Source: Magallana gigas (taxonomy: Eukaryota). From it: a stretch of 64,000 bases of DNA. This document shows positions 48,791-61,200 of the stretch, piece after piece. Position numbers and translations under genes: made by a program. The notes beneath the pieces are model-generated. The model saw only the letters and a list, made by a program, of their open reading frames with translations. It did no database searches and was not told the origin of the DNA. The stretch covers positions 47,244,001 to 47,308,000 of the forward strand of contig NC_088858.1 of assembly GCF_963853765.1 (NCBI RefSeq). Direction: 5' to 3'. Position 1 is the first letter of the stretch; each line of letters opens with the position of its first letter.

Positions 48791-49296
48791 CACTTCACTA
48801 TATATTTAACTGTCCACATTTTATCGGAATTTATAATTTATTGACATTAATTGACATTTGATATTCATTGATTTAACGCATGCATTATAATGAATTTTTT
48901 GAATTGATTTCTGATAATTTTGCCAGCAATTCTTTTTATTTTCTTGATTTAATTTCTCAAAAGTACTTGTATTAATTTTTTTTCATTTTATTTTGGGAAG
49001 TTTGATGTAATCCCCATATTAAAACATTGAATATCAAAAAAATCTTCATTATACTTAATTTATGTTGCCATGGTTACCGAAAAATGGGCATAAATGTAAA
49101 AATCCATCTTCATTAATTTGTGTCAGAGAGAGCTGATATTAAACAATATCTGTGACAAATTTCAACAGCGTAAGCTAACAATTACTAAAATTACTTAATG
49201 TTAAATACGATATGCTACTAAATTTGCTGATGTTCTTAAACAACTCAGTACTGGGACATAAGTTGCCGTAAAACAAGTCAGCACACAAAGGGTTAA

Positions 49297-49940
49297 AATG
49301 ACGCCTCATATACGACTGCATATAAAGAAGTTACCACTCCATATAATGAAATGATCACATCATGTAAAGAATTGACCACATCAAATAATGACTCAACAAC
49401 GGTATATAATAAAATTGTCACATCATATAAAGGATTTACAATTGCATGTAAAGCTTTCACCACAATACATAAAGGTTTTACCCGTGACCATACAAATGTA
49501 CATAATGATTTTAACACACCATAACATGATGTTAGTACCGCATATAATGAACTTATCACCTAATGTCAAGAAGTTGCACTGCATAAAAGGATTTTGCAAC
49601 TGCACATGAAGAGTGTACCACATAACGTAACCATTGAACAAAAGTTCATTATGAGTTTAGCTCTGTATGAAATGAGTTTATCATATCATATAAAGATTTA
49701 TTCATAGCATATAATGAATAAACCACTGCACATAATGATCTTACGACATAACGTAATGATGTTACCACTTCATATAAAGATTTTATCCCTGGGTATAATG
49801 GAGAAATTACAGTATATAATTATGTTAGCACTGCATATAATGATGTTACAAATGCATATAATGTTATTACTATTGCATATAAAAGATATACCAATTCATA
49901 TAATATGAAATTGACCTTAAGGCAGCTATGGCGTTCCATA
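49297..49940. repeat. Degenerate 21-bp period tandem repeat
   Basis: CATATAA-type cores recur every 21 nt or so, giving heptad-like spurious ORFs on both strands. Confidence 0.75.
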
Positions 49941-50039
49941 TCATACAATATCTTTTATAAAATGTATTATAAAAATCATGTTATATCATTTAAAAACAAA
50001 CACATCTATCAAGCAAGTTTGAGTAAGGTAGGAGATTTT

Positions 50040-50760
50040 TTTAGCATCCTTGTTAATGGATCTAGATCAGGTATCTGATCTGTATCTGAAACCTCCTCTG
50101 CGATTCATTTATAATATAGTTAAATCAACTCTGCAAGTTTGAAAAAGTACTATTATCTATTAATCATGCGACATGTTCTAAAATACTAAACCTCCTCCAG
50201 CATCTGAAACTTATAGCTCTGATTCAGAATCCTTGCCTGCATGTGGAGTGCATCAGAATCCCACTATGCATCATCTATTTAACTTTGATAAAGACTGAAC
50301 CAAAATAACTAAGATTTGTCTATCAAAGTACACATGCTCTTAAAACTTTGACAAGCTCAAAAAACAATAACCTATCCAGCTTCCGAGATCTATGGCTCAG
50401 ATTAAGCCTCTCAAGTGCATCAGTATCATAAGATGCACATCCATGCAAGTTTGGTGATGTTAGGACAAGTAATAACCATGCATGATATAATCATCAAAGG
50501 GCACCTGCTCAAAAAACCGTAACCTCATACATCATTCGAAACCTATGACTCAAATTCAGCATTCAAGCCTGTCAAGTGCCTCAGTATCATGAGACGCATC
50601 ATTCATGCAAGTTTGGTGAAGTTAGGACCAGTAGTAACTTAGAAATGCTTTCAAAGGGCACCTGCACCAAAAACTTTAACCTGCTCTAAAAACCTTAATC
50701 TCCTCCAGCATCTGAAATTCATGATCTAGATTCAGCATTCAAGCCTGTCAAGTCCATAAG
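50040..50760. repeat. Satellite-like repeats of about 160-200 bp (Helitron/HINE-associated type)
   Basis: Recurrent GCAAGTTTGGTGA (about 50445 and 50608), CAAAGGGCACCTGC, CCTCCAGCATCTGAAA and ATTCAGCATTCAAGCCTGTCAAG. Confidence 0.7.
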
Positions 50761-50767
50761 TAGGTCC

Positions 50768-51220
50768 AGGCTCCGATTTCACAAAAAAACTTAAGTTTTT
50801 ACCTAAGTTTAATCTCAAATCCTGAGAATTTACTCAGCTGAGATTTTTCTCAAATTGCGTTTCACAAAACAAACTTAGTCAATTCTCAGCTGAGTTGAAT
50901 TTTTTACTTACTCGGGCAAGTTTTCTAGTGTATTTTGTCTGTCAACAAGACGATAATGGCAAATTCGTTGCCAATGTCTACGATGGCGACACTGCTGTCT
51001 GTTGTTAATTGCCATATTTGAGAATTTATTTTGACTTAAGTCTGCTATGAAGGTAACTTAAGTTTTTTCTCAAATTGAGTAAAAAAAAACGACTAAGATT
51101 TTTTTGTGAAACGCAGATATTTGAGTTTTCTCAAATTTGAGAAAAAACTCAAATATTGGAGAAAAAACTCAGACTTTAAGTCTGAGATTTGACTTAAGTT
51201 TTATTGTGAAATCGGAGCCT
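50768..51220. mobile_element. 453-bp MITE with 17-bp TIRs
   Basis: AGGCTCCGATTTCACAA ... TTGTGAAATCGGAGCCT; internal inverted CTTAAGTTTTT and CTCAAATT subrepeats; no clear TSD. Confidence 0.85.
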
Positions 51221-52125
51221 CTTTTTCTTAATCTGGGTGGATAATGCTACCTAAGGTCTAGTGCTCAAACCTCTTAGCCATTCTAATCACAACAAAATAC
51301 TTTATATTTAAATGCTTTATGTTATTTTGGCCTAAAATTTATAGACTTGAATTATTTTCCTAGAATGTTCACTTGTTGGGATACAAAATGATACATGTAT
51401 TCCTAATGTATTCACAATATTTTTACATTATTTTGTTCATGTTGCATATTTTTAATCCTAATTTAATCAATTTTCTGATTATGAATACAGAAAGATACAG
51501 ATGTGATTTTTAGTAACAGATCTAGATTTAAGACTATCAATAATGTTCTTAATACATTATGTACATATATAACCGCATGGCTATTTTTAAAAGCCAGTGG
51601 GTGTTGCACAGTTCTTTCCAAACTTTCTGCTTCATAATTGCTTAATATGCAGCTTTTCATCTTTAGATTTTGTTAAATTACAAATTCAACAACCTTAAAA
51701 CATTAACAATATATAAGTTCTTTTTATTTTATAAACATACATTAAATGCTACTGTAATAACATTTACTTACTAGGAAGATAAGACAATGAAGTATAAATC
51801 ATCTTTTGATGAGTTATTCTGAGAGTGACAGAAAATAAAAAATTATCACAAAAATAAACCATTTTACATGAATTGTTTGTATGTTTGAAAGGATTTTTTA
51901 TCAGAACAACATTAAAAATATGTCTTCCGACTCTTTACTTTCAAATGTATAGGCAACATCATAAGTGACAAGGACTTTGACACCAATATACATTAACTAT
52001 AGTTCTGTATCTGTTTTTGAGTGAGGAATGAGGGTAAGTCCCTCACATGCAAATTAAAGATAATAAATACTAGAACATGTAATGTGCACATAGCACATGA
52101 CAATATTAATTTTAGAGTTACTTTA

Positions 52126-53076
52126 TCATCTAGGAGGAACAACTCTGGGTTTACACATATCCACTTTGGTGGTCTGGATGTGAAAGGCAGGCGCCACCCA
52201 GGAACCACACGGACACCTTTCCCCATACCACAGGAAGGAGCCAATCTTACAATTACATTTGGGACATGACAGCTTTCCTTCAAGATCCTGAATGGATCCT
52301 GCCATCCATCTGACCGGCTCGATGAAGTATGATAAATCACAGACCGCAGGGTCATTAGGTTTTTCGGTCTTCTCAGTGGACACTTTCCCCCTCCAGCTGA
52401 ATGCAACCTCTCCCTCTCCGACACAGTGCTTCATGATCCCTGACTGCTTGAACAGGGCCTGTCGACATTTACGACATTTAAACACTACATCCTCTTTTTT
52501 GAGTTCCTCAGCAGTATCAAAGTAATCGGCCTGCAGCTTAAGTCTCTCTTCAGAAGTGGAGCCCTGTAAGTTGTCGGCCAGCTTCTTGAGTCTATACTGC
52601 CTGTATTTCTCATGTGTCCTGTCCATGGCACAACCCATTTCCTCAAATAAAAGTAGCTGAGAAACGAACCCTTCATTGGGACACACCATTGGTCTTTTAT
52701 TTTTCACAATTTCCAAGGCCTCTTCATAAGTTATTTTGTTTTTATACATAAGATAAGCAATCGCAATGGTTGCACTTCTGGAACACCCCATAAGGCAATG
52801 CACAAGAACACTGCCTCCACTCTCAGTGGCATCTTCTATGAAATGGAAACATTCTTCAAAATGGCTGAGAAGGTCAGTGAATTCAAGGTCAAGTCCATAA
52901 ATAAACTTGTACTTGTACTTTTCTGTGATGCTCCGATGTAGGGAAACATTGTTGATGGTCAAGATGTGAGTGACATTATTTTGTTTCAGCTGGTCTGTTC
53001 TGTGTACTGCCCTTTCTGCCCCTATATAGATGTTGTCCACTATGTGGCTAAAGTCTGACTCCTTAGAACCTTCCAT
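52126..53076 (-). CDS. DUSP12: Dual specificity protein phosphatase 12 (YVH1 ortholog), 316 aa, single coding exon
   Basis: Active site VLVHCLMGCSRSAT; C-terminal zinc-binding domain FKCRKCR..H..C..FIEPVRWM..GKLSCPKCNCKIGSFLWYGERCPCGSWVAPAFHI. The first ATG is at 53076 (the ORF track start at 53106 is GTG); acceptor at 53117. Confidence 0.96.
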   Translation of the reverse strand: MEGSKESDFSHIVDNIYIGAERAVHRTDQLKQNNVTHILTINNVSLHRSITEKYKYKFIYGLDLEFTDLLSHFEECFHFIEDATESGGSVLVHCLMGCSRSATIAIAYLMYKNKITYEEALEIVKNKRPMVCPNEGFVSQLLLFEEMGCAMDRTHEKYRQYRLKKLADNLQGSTSEERLKLQADYFDTAEELKKEDVVFKCRKCRQALFKQSGIMKHCVGEGEVAFSWRGKVSTEKTEKPNDPAVCDLSYFIEPVRWMAGSIQDLEGKLSCPKCNCKIGSFLWYGERCPCGSWVAPAFHIQTTKVDMCKPRVVPPR

Positions 53077-54295
53077 CTTTATTTGTGTCAAATTGTCTTT
53101 ATCCACTTATTCTATAACTGAACAAAAAAATAACATGTCAAATAAATATTGGTAGTACCTTTTTAAAACATTCTTGCATACCCGGTACTGTAACAAGTTT
53201 TAAAATGTAAGCACATTGGCAAGCATTAATCTACAATTGTCACATATATGGTTGCCAGAGTATTAAGAGCATAAAGATATATATACATGTATAATGAACC
53301 CTTCATATAATAATAAAATTAACAATATATAAAGCTGTATATAATAATAAACCCAATTAGTTTCATTATTATTTATCAAACATTGAAACTCCTGATGACT
53401 GATAATGACACTAGTTGAGTTTATTTCTATGTTGTTATTTTTTCCATATATTACTACTTTTTTGGAGAATATATTACAATACCATGGTAAAAGAGAGGAA
53501 AATTGAAAATCTTTACATTGCCAACTGAAGGTTGCATATAATTCCAAAGCCACACCAGAAGTTTTTCGTTAAATAAAACTCTTAGATAAATACATGTTTT
53601 ATATAACTTGTTGACTAGTCAACTCAGCACCTAAGTTGTTAATTTTGGAAAGTAAAGTTGACTTGAAACCTGGCAAACTAAGCTTCTGGTTATAACTGGA
53701 TTTATCATAATTTTATCATCAAATTTTAAATTTTTACTTATCATACATAATTCAATTTCCTATTGGTAACTCAGTCTGATTTCATCAGCTAAGAGAATTA
53801 CTGTAACTGTTACATTAGTATAGTAGTAAAATAGTAACGTTTAACTGTGTTAAAAGAAAACAACATCACCAAACTGAGCTATAACTTGACACATATTAAA
53901 ATTTCTCGTGTAAAAACAGCTTTATTTACCAGCATAATAATTCAAATAAGAAAATTCGATATACTTTTTCAAATACATGTATTTCAATATGATTATGAAA
54001 TGTCACACCAGCTTCATCATCATGTATAACAATTTACACTCTTATTTAAGTTTAAGGTAAACAGTGTGTTTCAAAATTATATAATGACTTTATTTCGAGA
54101 TTCGGATACTTTGAATAAAATCGGAAATCTACAATGGCATAAAAAAAAATTTAACACCTGAGGAAATTCGGATATTTTCACGTGGTCCAAAGATTGCAAA
54201 AGTTTCAATGTGATAATAAAAATCCCATGACATCTACCCCTTTATATGCTCTTATTCAAATTACATGTAATCCAAAAATAAAAGCCTTTTCTCAC

Positions 54296-54545
54296 CTTGA
54301 AACCTATGAAATAAGCTAAGTTCTGAAAATGGGGAAATGTGTTTGTTGTGGAACTCTTTTGCCTCTTAAACTTTCGTAACCCTTTTGACTTTTGATGCTA
54401 CGCGATGAAGAAACCCGAAAAGCTACGAAATCAAAGTAAAAGTTGGACATTCGGCAAACCTCGGACGATTCCCTAACCTACATAGATGAGATACGAATCG
54501 GCCGAGGTGCTGAGTGAAAGTTGGAGGAACCACTTCTAATGACAG
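54296..54545. promoter_or_regulatory. Candidate compact bidirectional promoter with divergent first exons (DUSP12 and the TTL-domain gene)
   Basis: Minus-strand donor AAG|GTGAG at 54296 and plus-strand donor CAG|GTAAG at 54545 are 250 bp apart; locally CpG-enriched. Confidence 0.6.
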
Positions 54546-56822
54546 GTAAGACTGTACATGTAAGTCGACAAAAACATGGAGACGCTATTTAACACAAGTC
54601 GATTACAGGTAGATCTAACTTCGTAGCATGCATTTTATTAACTGTTTGTTTAACAGAAGAAAAAAACCCGAAACATGAAGGCCTACTGTTTCTGTACACA
54701 GCGCCGCGCTGTAGGCATCTTACTGAACAAGGAAATTAATGCCATATGAATTGTGTATACAACTATAAACTTGTCATAGGTGTAGGTAGCGTTGGTTTGA
54801 CGTGTAGGAAATTTAATAAAATCAGACGCGAAGCACCCAAGGAAGTGTGCAGCCAGGAAGATTAACCCTCCTGTTTTGAAGGGGTGGGGGTGGGGGGGTA
54901 AAGAACTGACTTGCGCAATCTGATGCATATAGGCTGTCTTCATCTTTCATAGAAACTTGAACCTATACATCTTACATCTGAGCGATTTTATATGGTTGAC
55001 TTAGGTTTACAAATTGATGTCTTTGTCATAAAATGCATTGCTGCATGATGCCCGAGTTCTTTGCCCTAGGTCTGTTTGCTCTAATTATCGTTCGCCCCAA
55101 TAATCATTCGCCCTAAACTTAATTCGTCGCGCCTTGTTTTTAAATCAACCACAGCATAAGTTATTTATTTAATTTTAACTTAAAACATGTTAACTTTTAA
55201 TAATTATATGTATATTCTAGCGTTTTGTTTTAAATTCTTTCAACAAAAAAGACGTAATTGGGATAATTGTAAAATTTTATTTCGGTAAATTTTTGATAAC
55301 CGTCTTGTTGTTTTTATAATGATTCAGATCAGTTCTTTATTAACTTTAAGCTATACAGCTTATCAGTACAATAAATATAAACATTCACTTGATGTTTTTT
55401 TTAACAATTAAAGAAATTGCTTTAATTGGCTCATTCAGAAGCTAGTAAGCAGATGATTATCACCTATTCTATATTTTAAAAATTTACATAACACAATCCG
55501 AGATAAATATATCGAGATTTCAATATGGTTTTATTATTAGGTGAAATTTAAAATTCATGTAATTACAAAATAGTAACAGAAGAATATAAAATGTTGTAAC
55601 ATTAAAAAAAAATTTAGATAAATCAATCCAGAAGTCTCCGTATCTATATCATGTCACCGTCAGTCGATTGGTGATTATTATGTAAAAGAGAAAAGTGTGG
55701 TATTGTTTTCATTAATTAATCTCTTCATAATGTTTAAATTGATCAGAATACAAAAATACATAGATACATTAATCCTTTATAAAAATAAGGCAAACGTAAA
55801 CAAGGGCGAATGGCGTCAAGGGCAAATGCGTTTTAAGGTGAACGAACAGCCAATCTAGTCCCCCCCCCCTACCAAAGTATAGACCCAAGGTTTTAATTCA
55901 TGTTTTTATAAAGCATACTTTTATACTGATATATAAACAAAAATAGTTTATACATTATAGCCACCATCTTCAATATAGCCAAGTGTTTTCAGTCCACTCT
56001 GCTTACCATATTAATTATAGGGATAGGAGTGGACTGCAAACCCTTGGTTTGAAGATGTATTGCCACTTGTATATATATTATATATGAATAGATGATTAAT
56101 TTTTATTTAATGATAGAAAATGTATCATAGCAAAATACTGTTAATCTGTATAAATAATCCAATGTTCATGGAAAGTATATTGTAAAATGTATATATTTTA
56201 AAATTCGCTTAGTATGCTTATTAATAACACTACTGCAGTAAAAATTGGCAAAATAAAAACACACCTCACAGAGTCTATAACTGCTACAATGTCCTATTAT
56301 ATTGTGACCTGACAAAACTAGTGTATGTATATGTGTAAGTTAATGAAACCCTCACAGCATGTGTGAGAATAAACCTGTCAGTTGTATATATCCATAATAA
56401 GCATGATGTCCTTGATGTGGTTAGGCTATATATCATCAATTGTCTAGTAGGTGAATGAAAATTATAAGATTATGTTTCAAGGATATACTATTACGAGGTA
56501 TATGTGTTGATTGTGTTTAAGAATTCATAAAATTTATACATATAGCTTATTCAATACATATTGTGTGAACTTTATACTTTACATTTTCTGAGCTTGTGCA
56601 TCAACAGCTAGTATAATGCACCCCCTATTATCTGATTATATAAAGTACATTTTTCAACTTGAAGCCATTCAAGCATCAGTAAATCTTTGAAGTTGGATTA
56701 CTGTCATGAAATTTCAAGAGAAAAAAAAATGATCAGTACTGTTACAGTATATTAAATATATGAAATATATATACCTGATGCTAAAAGTTGATTGATGTTA
56801 AAACACTGAATAATTTCTCTAG

Positions 56823-57015
56823 GCAGGGATTATGCAGGCCACTTAAAAAGCTGCAGGGTCGACTTTCATCTGAACAGGATTTGGAACAGTTGATGGGGAA
56901 ATGTTAACACACAGATTGATATATAAACATGTACCCCCAAGTTATTTGACAATGAGCGGACAACTTACAAAGACTAGCTCTTTCTGTATATCAGGCGGCC
57001 AGATCGTTATCACAG
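56823..57015 (+). other. Probable 5'UTR exon of the TTL-domain gene, with several upstream ATGs
   Basis: TTTCTCTAG| acceptor, CAG|GTAATA donor, higher GC than the flanks. Confidence 0.45.
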
Positions 57016-58268
57016 GTAATATCATGCAGATTTTGAAATTTAAATTCTTTCAAATTTGATAGTAATCAGACATCTATTTAATTAGTGTTTGATACTGTGA
57101 AATATAATCCTTTCAATGTATTGATGAGCCTGTTTGTTTGTAAAGAAACTCTGTAAGCATGTGGCTGATTTTTGACATGAGCTAAAAGATTGAAACAATT
57201 AAGCAGAGTCAATATGAACTACAATTGCTGAATTGATCTTTATGTTTTATTGTGTTCATGTTTATCAAAGGACTGTTAATTCATTGCATAAAATGATCAA
57301 TATTTATAAACATATGAAAACTTGTACACATTCTATTTTCAAATTAGTTACAGGGATAAAATTATAATTGCATTCGTGATGTAATTTTTATGCGTAAACA
57401 AGACTGGTGTATCCCTTGGCCTTAATTAATACATCATGGTCATTTATTATTTCTAGAGAAGTAATTTTGCCCATGGACCTGTATAACATTTCTATAGTAT
57501 ACAACATTGGTAGGATTTCCTTTTGTGCTCTGTACACTATATATATATCATTTTGTACTGCTGAAATTACACAAAGACAATGATTAATTTATTCTGATAG
57601 ATTGATAATATTAATATTCTTTTTCCATTCCACTGATGTTGAAATCTTTTGACTAATTTTTATGTGTGTAATAATTAAATAATATATATTAAATAAGATA
57701 TAACTTGTAATGAATGTATGACACATTAATTAATTTAATAACATTGCTATGATTCAACATAACATGGTAAATACCATTTTCCTAAAGATTTTTTCCAAAA
57801 CCCTATTTATCTTACCAGTACATTTTCCAGCTACTGATCTTATTATGTATAGTTTATTTAGTACATGTGGCATATTAACATAATCTAACTACACTTGTCA
57901 GAACATCCTGTTTGATTTATATCAATAACAAACAATGTGTTCTCAGGAAAACTGTCGAAAGTATCAGCTTTATGGTTATAATCAATTCTTGGTATGCTCT
58001 GTCTGTTGAATTATCAGCGATGGTGTAAAACCTCAAACTTTTTCTGATAAAAGACAAAGAATAACATGCAAAGAAGTATCTTAGTCACTGACTTAGATCT
58101 ATTCTCATTGTATGAATAGGTTGACATGAAGTGGACTGGATGAGTTGATATTTACCCTGAAACCTGTATACCGGTAGATCTCTTACAAACACACACACAC
58201 AAACTTGGCACAAAGTAGAGGTCCTATTCTGAACTGATGAGACAAAGTCTGTACAGATAGCAAACATC

Positions 58269-61200
58269 ATGAACAGCTTCAATTCACCTTACAACAAACT
58301 ACAGGTAAGTACCCTTCATTCCACAGACAGTGTAACATTGACCAACTACAGGTAAGTACTGTTCATTCCATGGACAGTGTACTGTTAACCAACAACAGGT
58401 AAGTACTGATCATTTGATGGTCATACTATTGTTAACCAACTACAGGTAAGTACCGTTCATTCCACTGATAGTGTAACATTAACCAACTACAGGTAAGTAA
58501 CATTCATTCCACAGTCAGTGTACTGTTGACCATTTTTATTGACGAAAAGTTTATTTCAAGTTTTATACCACTGATAGACTGGTTCTCTCGATTGACTTTT
58601 TTAAGACCATGCCTATTTTATTGATTTGAAAAAATTACCTTGTACACTTACAGTTGCAAGAGACATTAAGAAATTGGTTTACAGCGACAAATATTTCTGT
58701 CAACAGGTTCTAGTAGTGACATCGCATTCTCGAATGAGATTAAAAATGTTTTACGGTGAGTGACCACATTTAGGTGGTGAAAAATTTGAGATTGAAGCTG
58801 TGAATTTTTTCCAAAAATAATAAGTAGTTTGCAGTATACACCTTAATAAGTATTACTTAGGACGTTGATTTTACTGACTTTAAAAGCACTGTATTACATG
58901 TACTTATTTATCAAATATTCAAAGAAATTATTGCAACATGCAGTAGGAATCTATTTCCCTAACAAACAGTACATTAATTTTCACTTGATTTCTAGACTGA
59001 AATCATTTGAAATGTGATAATTTAAATCATGCAGATTAGATCAATTCTATGTGTATATGATGAAGCCTTGAATTTATTGATTAAAATGAAAATGTCGTAT
59101 GCTTTTGTCACAGATGAACAACCATAGTAGGATGACCCCATTTTAAAAGGAAAATTAATATGGTTGATTTATTTATATGTGGCAGTGCTGTAAAACTGAC
59201 AATCTTGGTCTCATAATTAATATGTAAGCCACAAATTAACTTTAATGGGGTGTGTACAAGGTTTTAGTGAATTTTGTATAAGTTAATTTGTAATGCTTGA
59301 TATGTACAGTTCTGAAGTGTCAAAAAGATAGAGTGATATGATAATTAAATCCAGGAAAGGTAAAAAAAATTGACACACACCTTTAAACAGAAATTGACAT
59401 TATCAAACAGGAGCGTTCTTTTTAGAAGTGTGAACCAAACTGAATGTTAACACAGATAACACATGCTTTGGACTATTCCTGGGAGTGAGGCCATTGTTTT
59501 TTCATCTTGTTTTTCTATTTCCTGTCAATTACAAATGTAAATTGTTGTAATTTGGATCCCTGAACATTCCATTATTTTGTGATGTGGCTTTATTTCTCCG
59601 TTTCATAAAAGAGACACTAGGGAGAAGGGGAATTGTAGATCTGTTCCGAGTAAAATTTGGTATGGTGACTGTCATAGAATCTTTACAATCTTTTTATCAT
59701 TTTCTTTATTCACAGAAAGTCATAAATATTTAAGATTAGCAATTCAGTCATTTTTATTTAAATTTCTGGATGATTAGGTGCATAGAGAATTCAGTAATGA
59801 TTTAATTACTTCTGCATGCCGTATTGAAGCATAATGTATTTTATTTTTGATTGTGATTTACTATAATAAGGCTGGTTACAACGTACTGATACCATATTGT
59901 ACCGATTCACACTTCTATCTTTAGTTAGAAGCTTGAATGCTGTATTCAAAAATTGTTAGTGTTGTGATAGACAACTCTTAAACATTGAGTACTAAGCTTG
60001 TTGTGATTTTTAGGATGCCCAGTTGCCCACTTTTGGAAAGCCAAAGCCCAAAATGAAGAAGCCCGGACGTCTGTTTTCGTTGGTGATTGTTGTGTTGGCA
60101 CTCGGGATTGTCCTCACTCTGTTGAACATCTACGAGCTTCATAAGATGAGGGAAACTGGGAACCTTCAGCAAGCTGTTCAGCCACAGGCAGAGGGAAAGC
60201 CAGGGAAATATGCTGTCCGGACCCCCATTGTGTGGGTGGAGGGAAAAAAGGTACAAGAGAACACTGTTGTTTTAATATGGGTAATGGATATGCCACCTGG
60301 ATCACCTTCCCGTTTGAATTGGTTGATATGATTGCATGATCAAATGATTCATTATTATTTTAAATGCAATGTCATCAAATTTTCTTTTGATTTTGAAGTT
60401 TTGTTGATATCTTTATATTTTCAAAAATTCTACAACTTATATAGAAACTTTTGAATTGGTGGGTATATTTCATGTCAAAGAGCATTAAAATTTGAAAATA
60501 AAAGATTATTTCAACTTCAAATAGAAGAAAATCTGGCTATCCTATGTGTTCACCATGTTGCTTATTACAATCAAAGTACACCTGAAGCATTAGTTGACTG
60601 AACAGTTAATACTGTAAGCGTATTATATTTGTCGTGTACGATATTTTGCGGAATATGATTTATCAGCAAATTAGAGTGAATTTGATTTAATTAGCGCATT
60701 TCTGAATGTACCTATTTATCTACTTACATGTATATATTTTACATTTGGTGATGTACTTGATTAAACGGATGCCGTTTTCCGCCAAAAAATGCTAAACAGA
60801 ATACACAGCCAAATGTAATACTTTAACAGTATAGTTTGGCTACCTGATGCATGTTAACTTTTTATCTATTTTTACAGTTAGAGTCCTGCCACCTGAAGTA
60901 TGTGTTAATTGTCTGACTATTATTACAGAAATAGCGTCTGGCTACCTGATGCATGTGTTAATGTCAGACTTTTGTTAGAGTGACTGGTTACCTTATGCAC
61001 AATTTAACTTTCTGGCTATTGTTACAGGTAGAATCTGGCTACATGAAGCATTTGTTGACTGTGTGTCCATTTTTACAGTTAGATTCTGGCTACCTGTATG
61101 GTGTTAATGTCAGACTTTTGTTACAGTTAGAGTCTGGCTACTTGAAGCATGTGTTAACCACCTGGCTATTGTTTCAGTTAGAGTCTGGTTACTTGAAGCA

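Larger units (their letters stand above)
45271..49296 (+). mobile_element. Decayed piggyBac transposon (PGBD4-like) with nested insertions
   Basis: TTAA|CCTTGCGT at the left and CACACAAAGGG|TTAA at the right; transposase remnants at 46200-46810 and 48590-48790. Confidence 0.8.

Noticed and set aside
51993-52676. Overlapping ORFs around DUSP12
   Set aside because: Alternative-frame or antisense shadows of the DUSP12 CDS
53077-53106. N-terminal extension of DUSP12 in the ORF track
   Set aside because: Starts at GTG; the first ATG is at 53076
55068-55851. Possible TIR element with GGGCGAA subrepeats
   Set aside because: Terminal match too weak to fix boundaries by eye
58297-58531. Possible CRISPR-like array
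   Set aside because: Eukaryotic context; units are whole-length tandem copies without unique spacers; no cas genes
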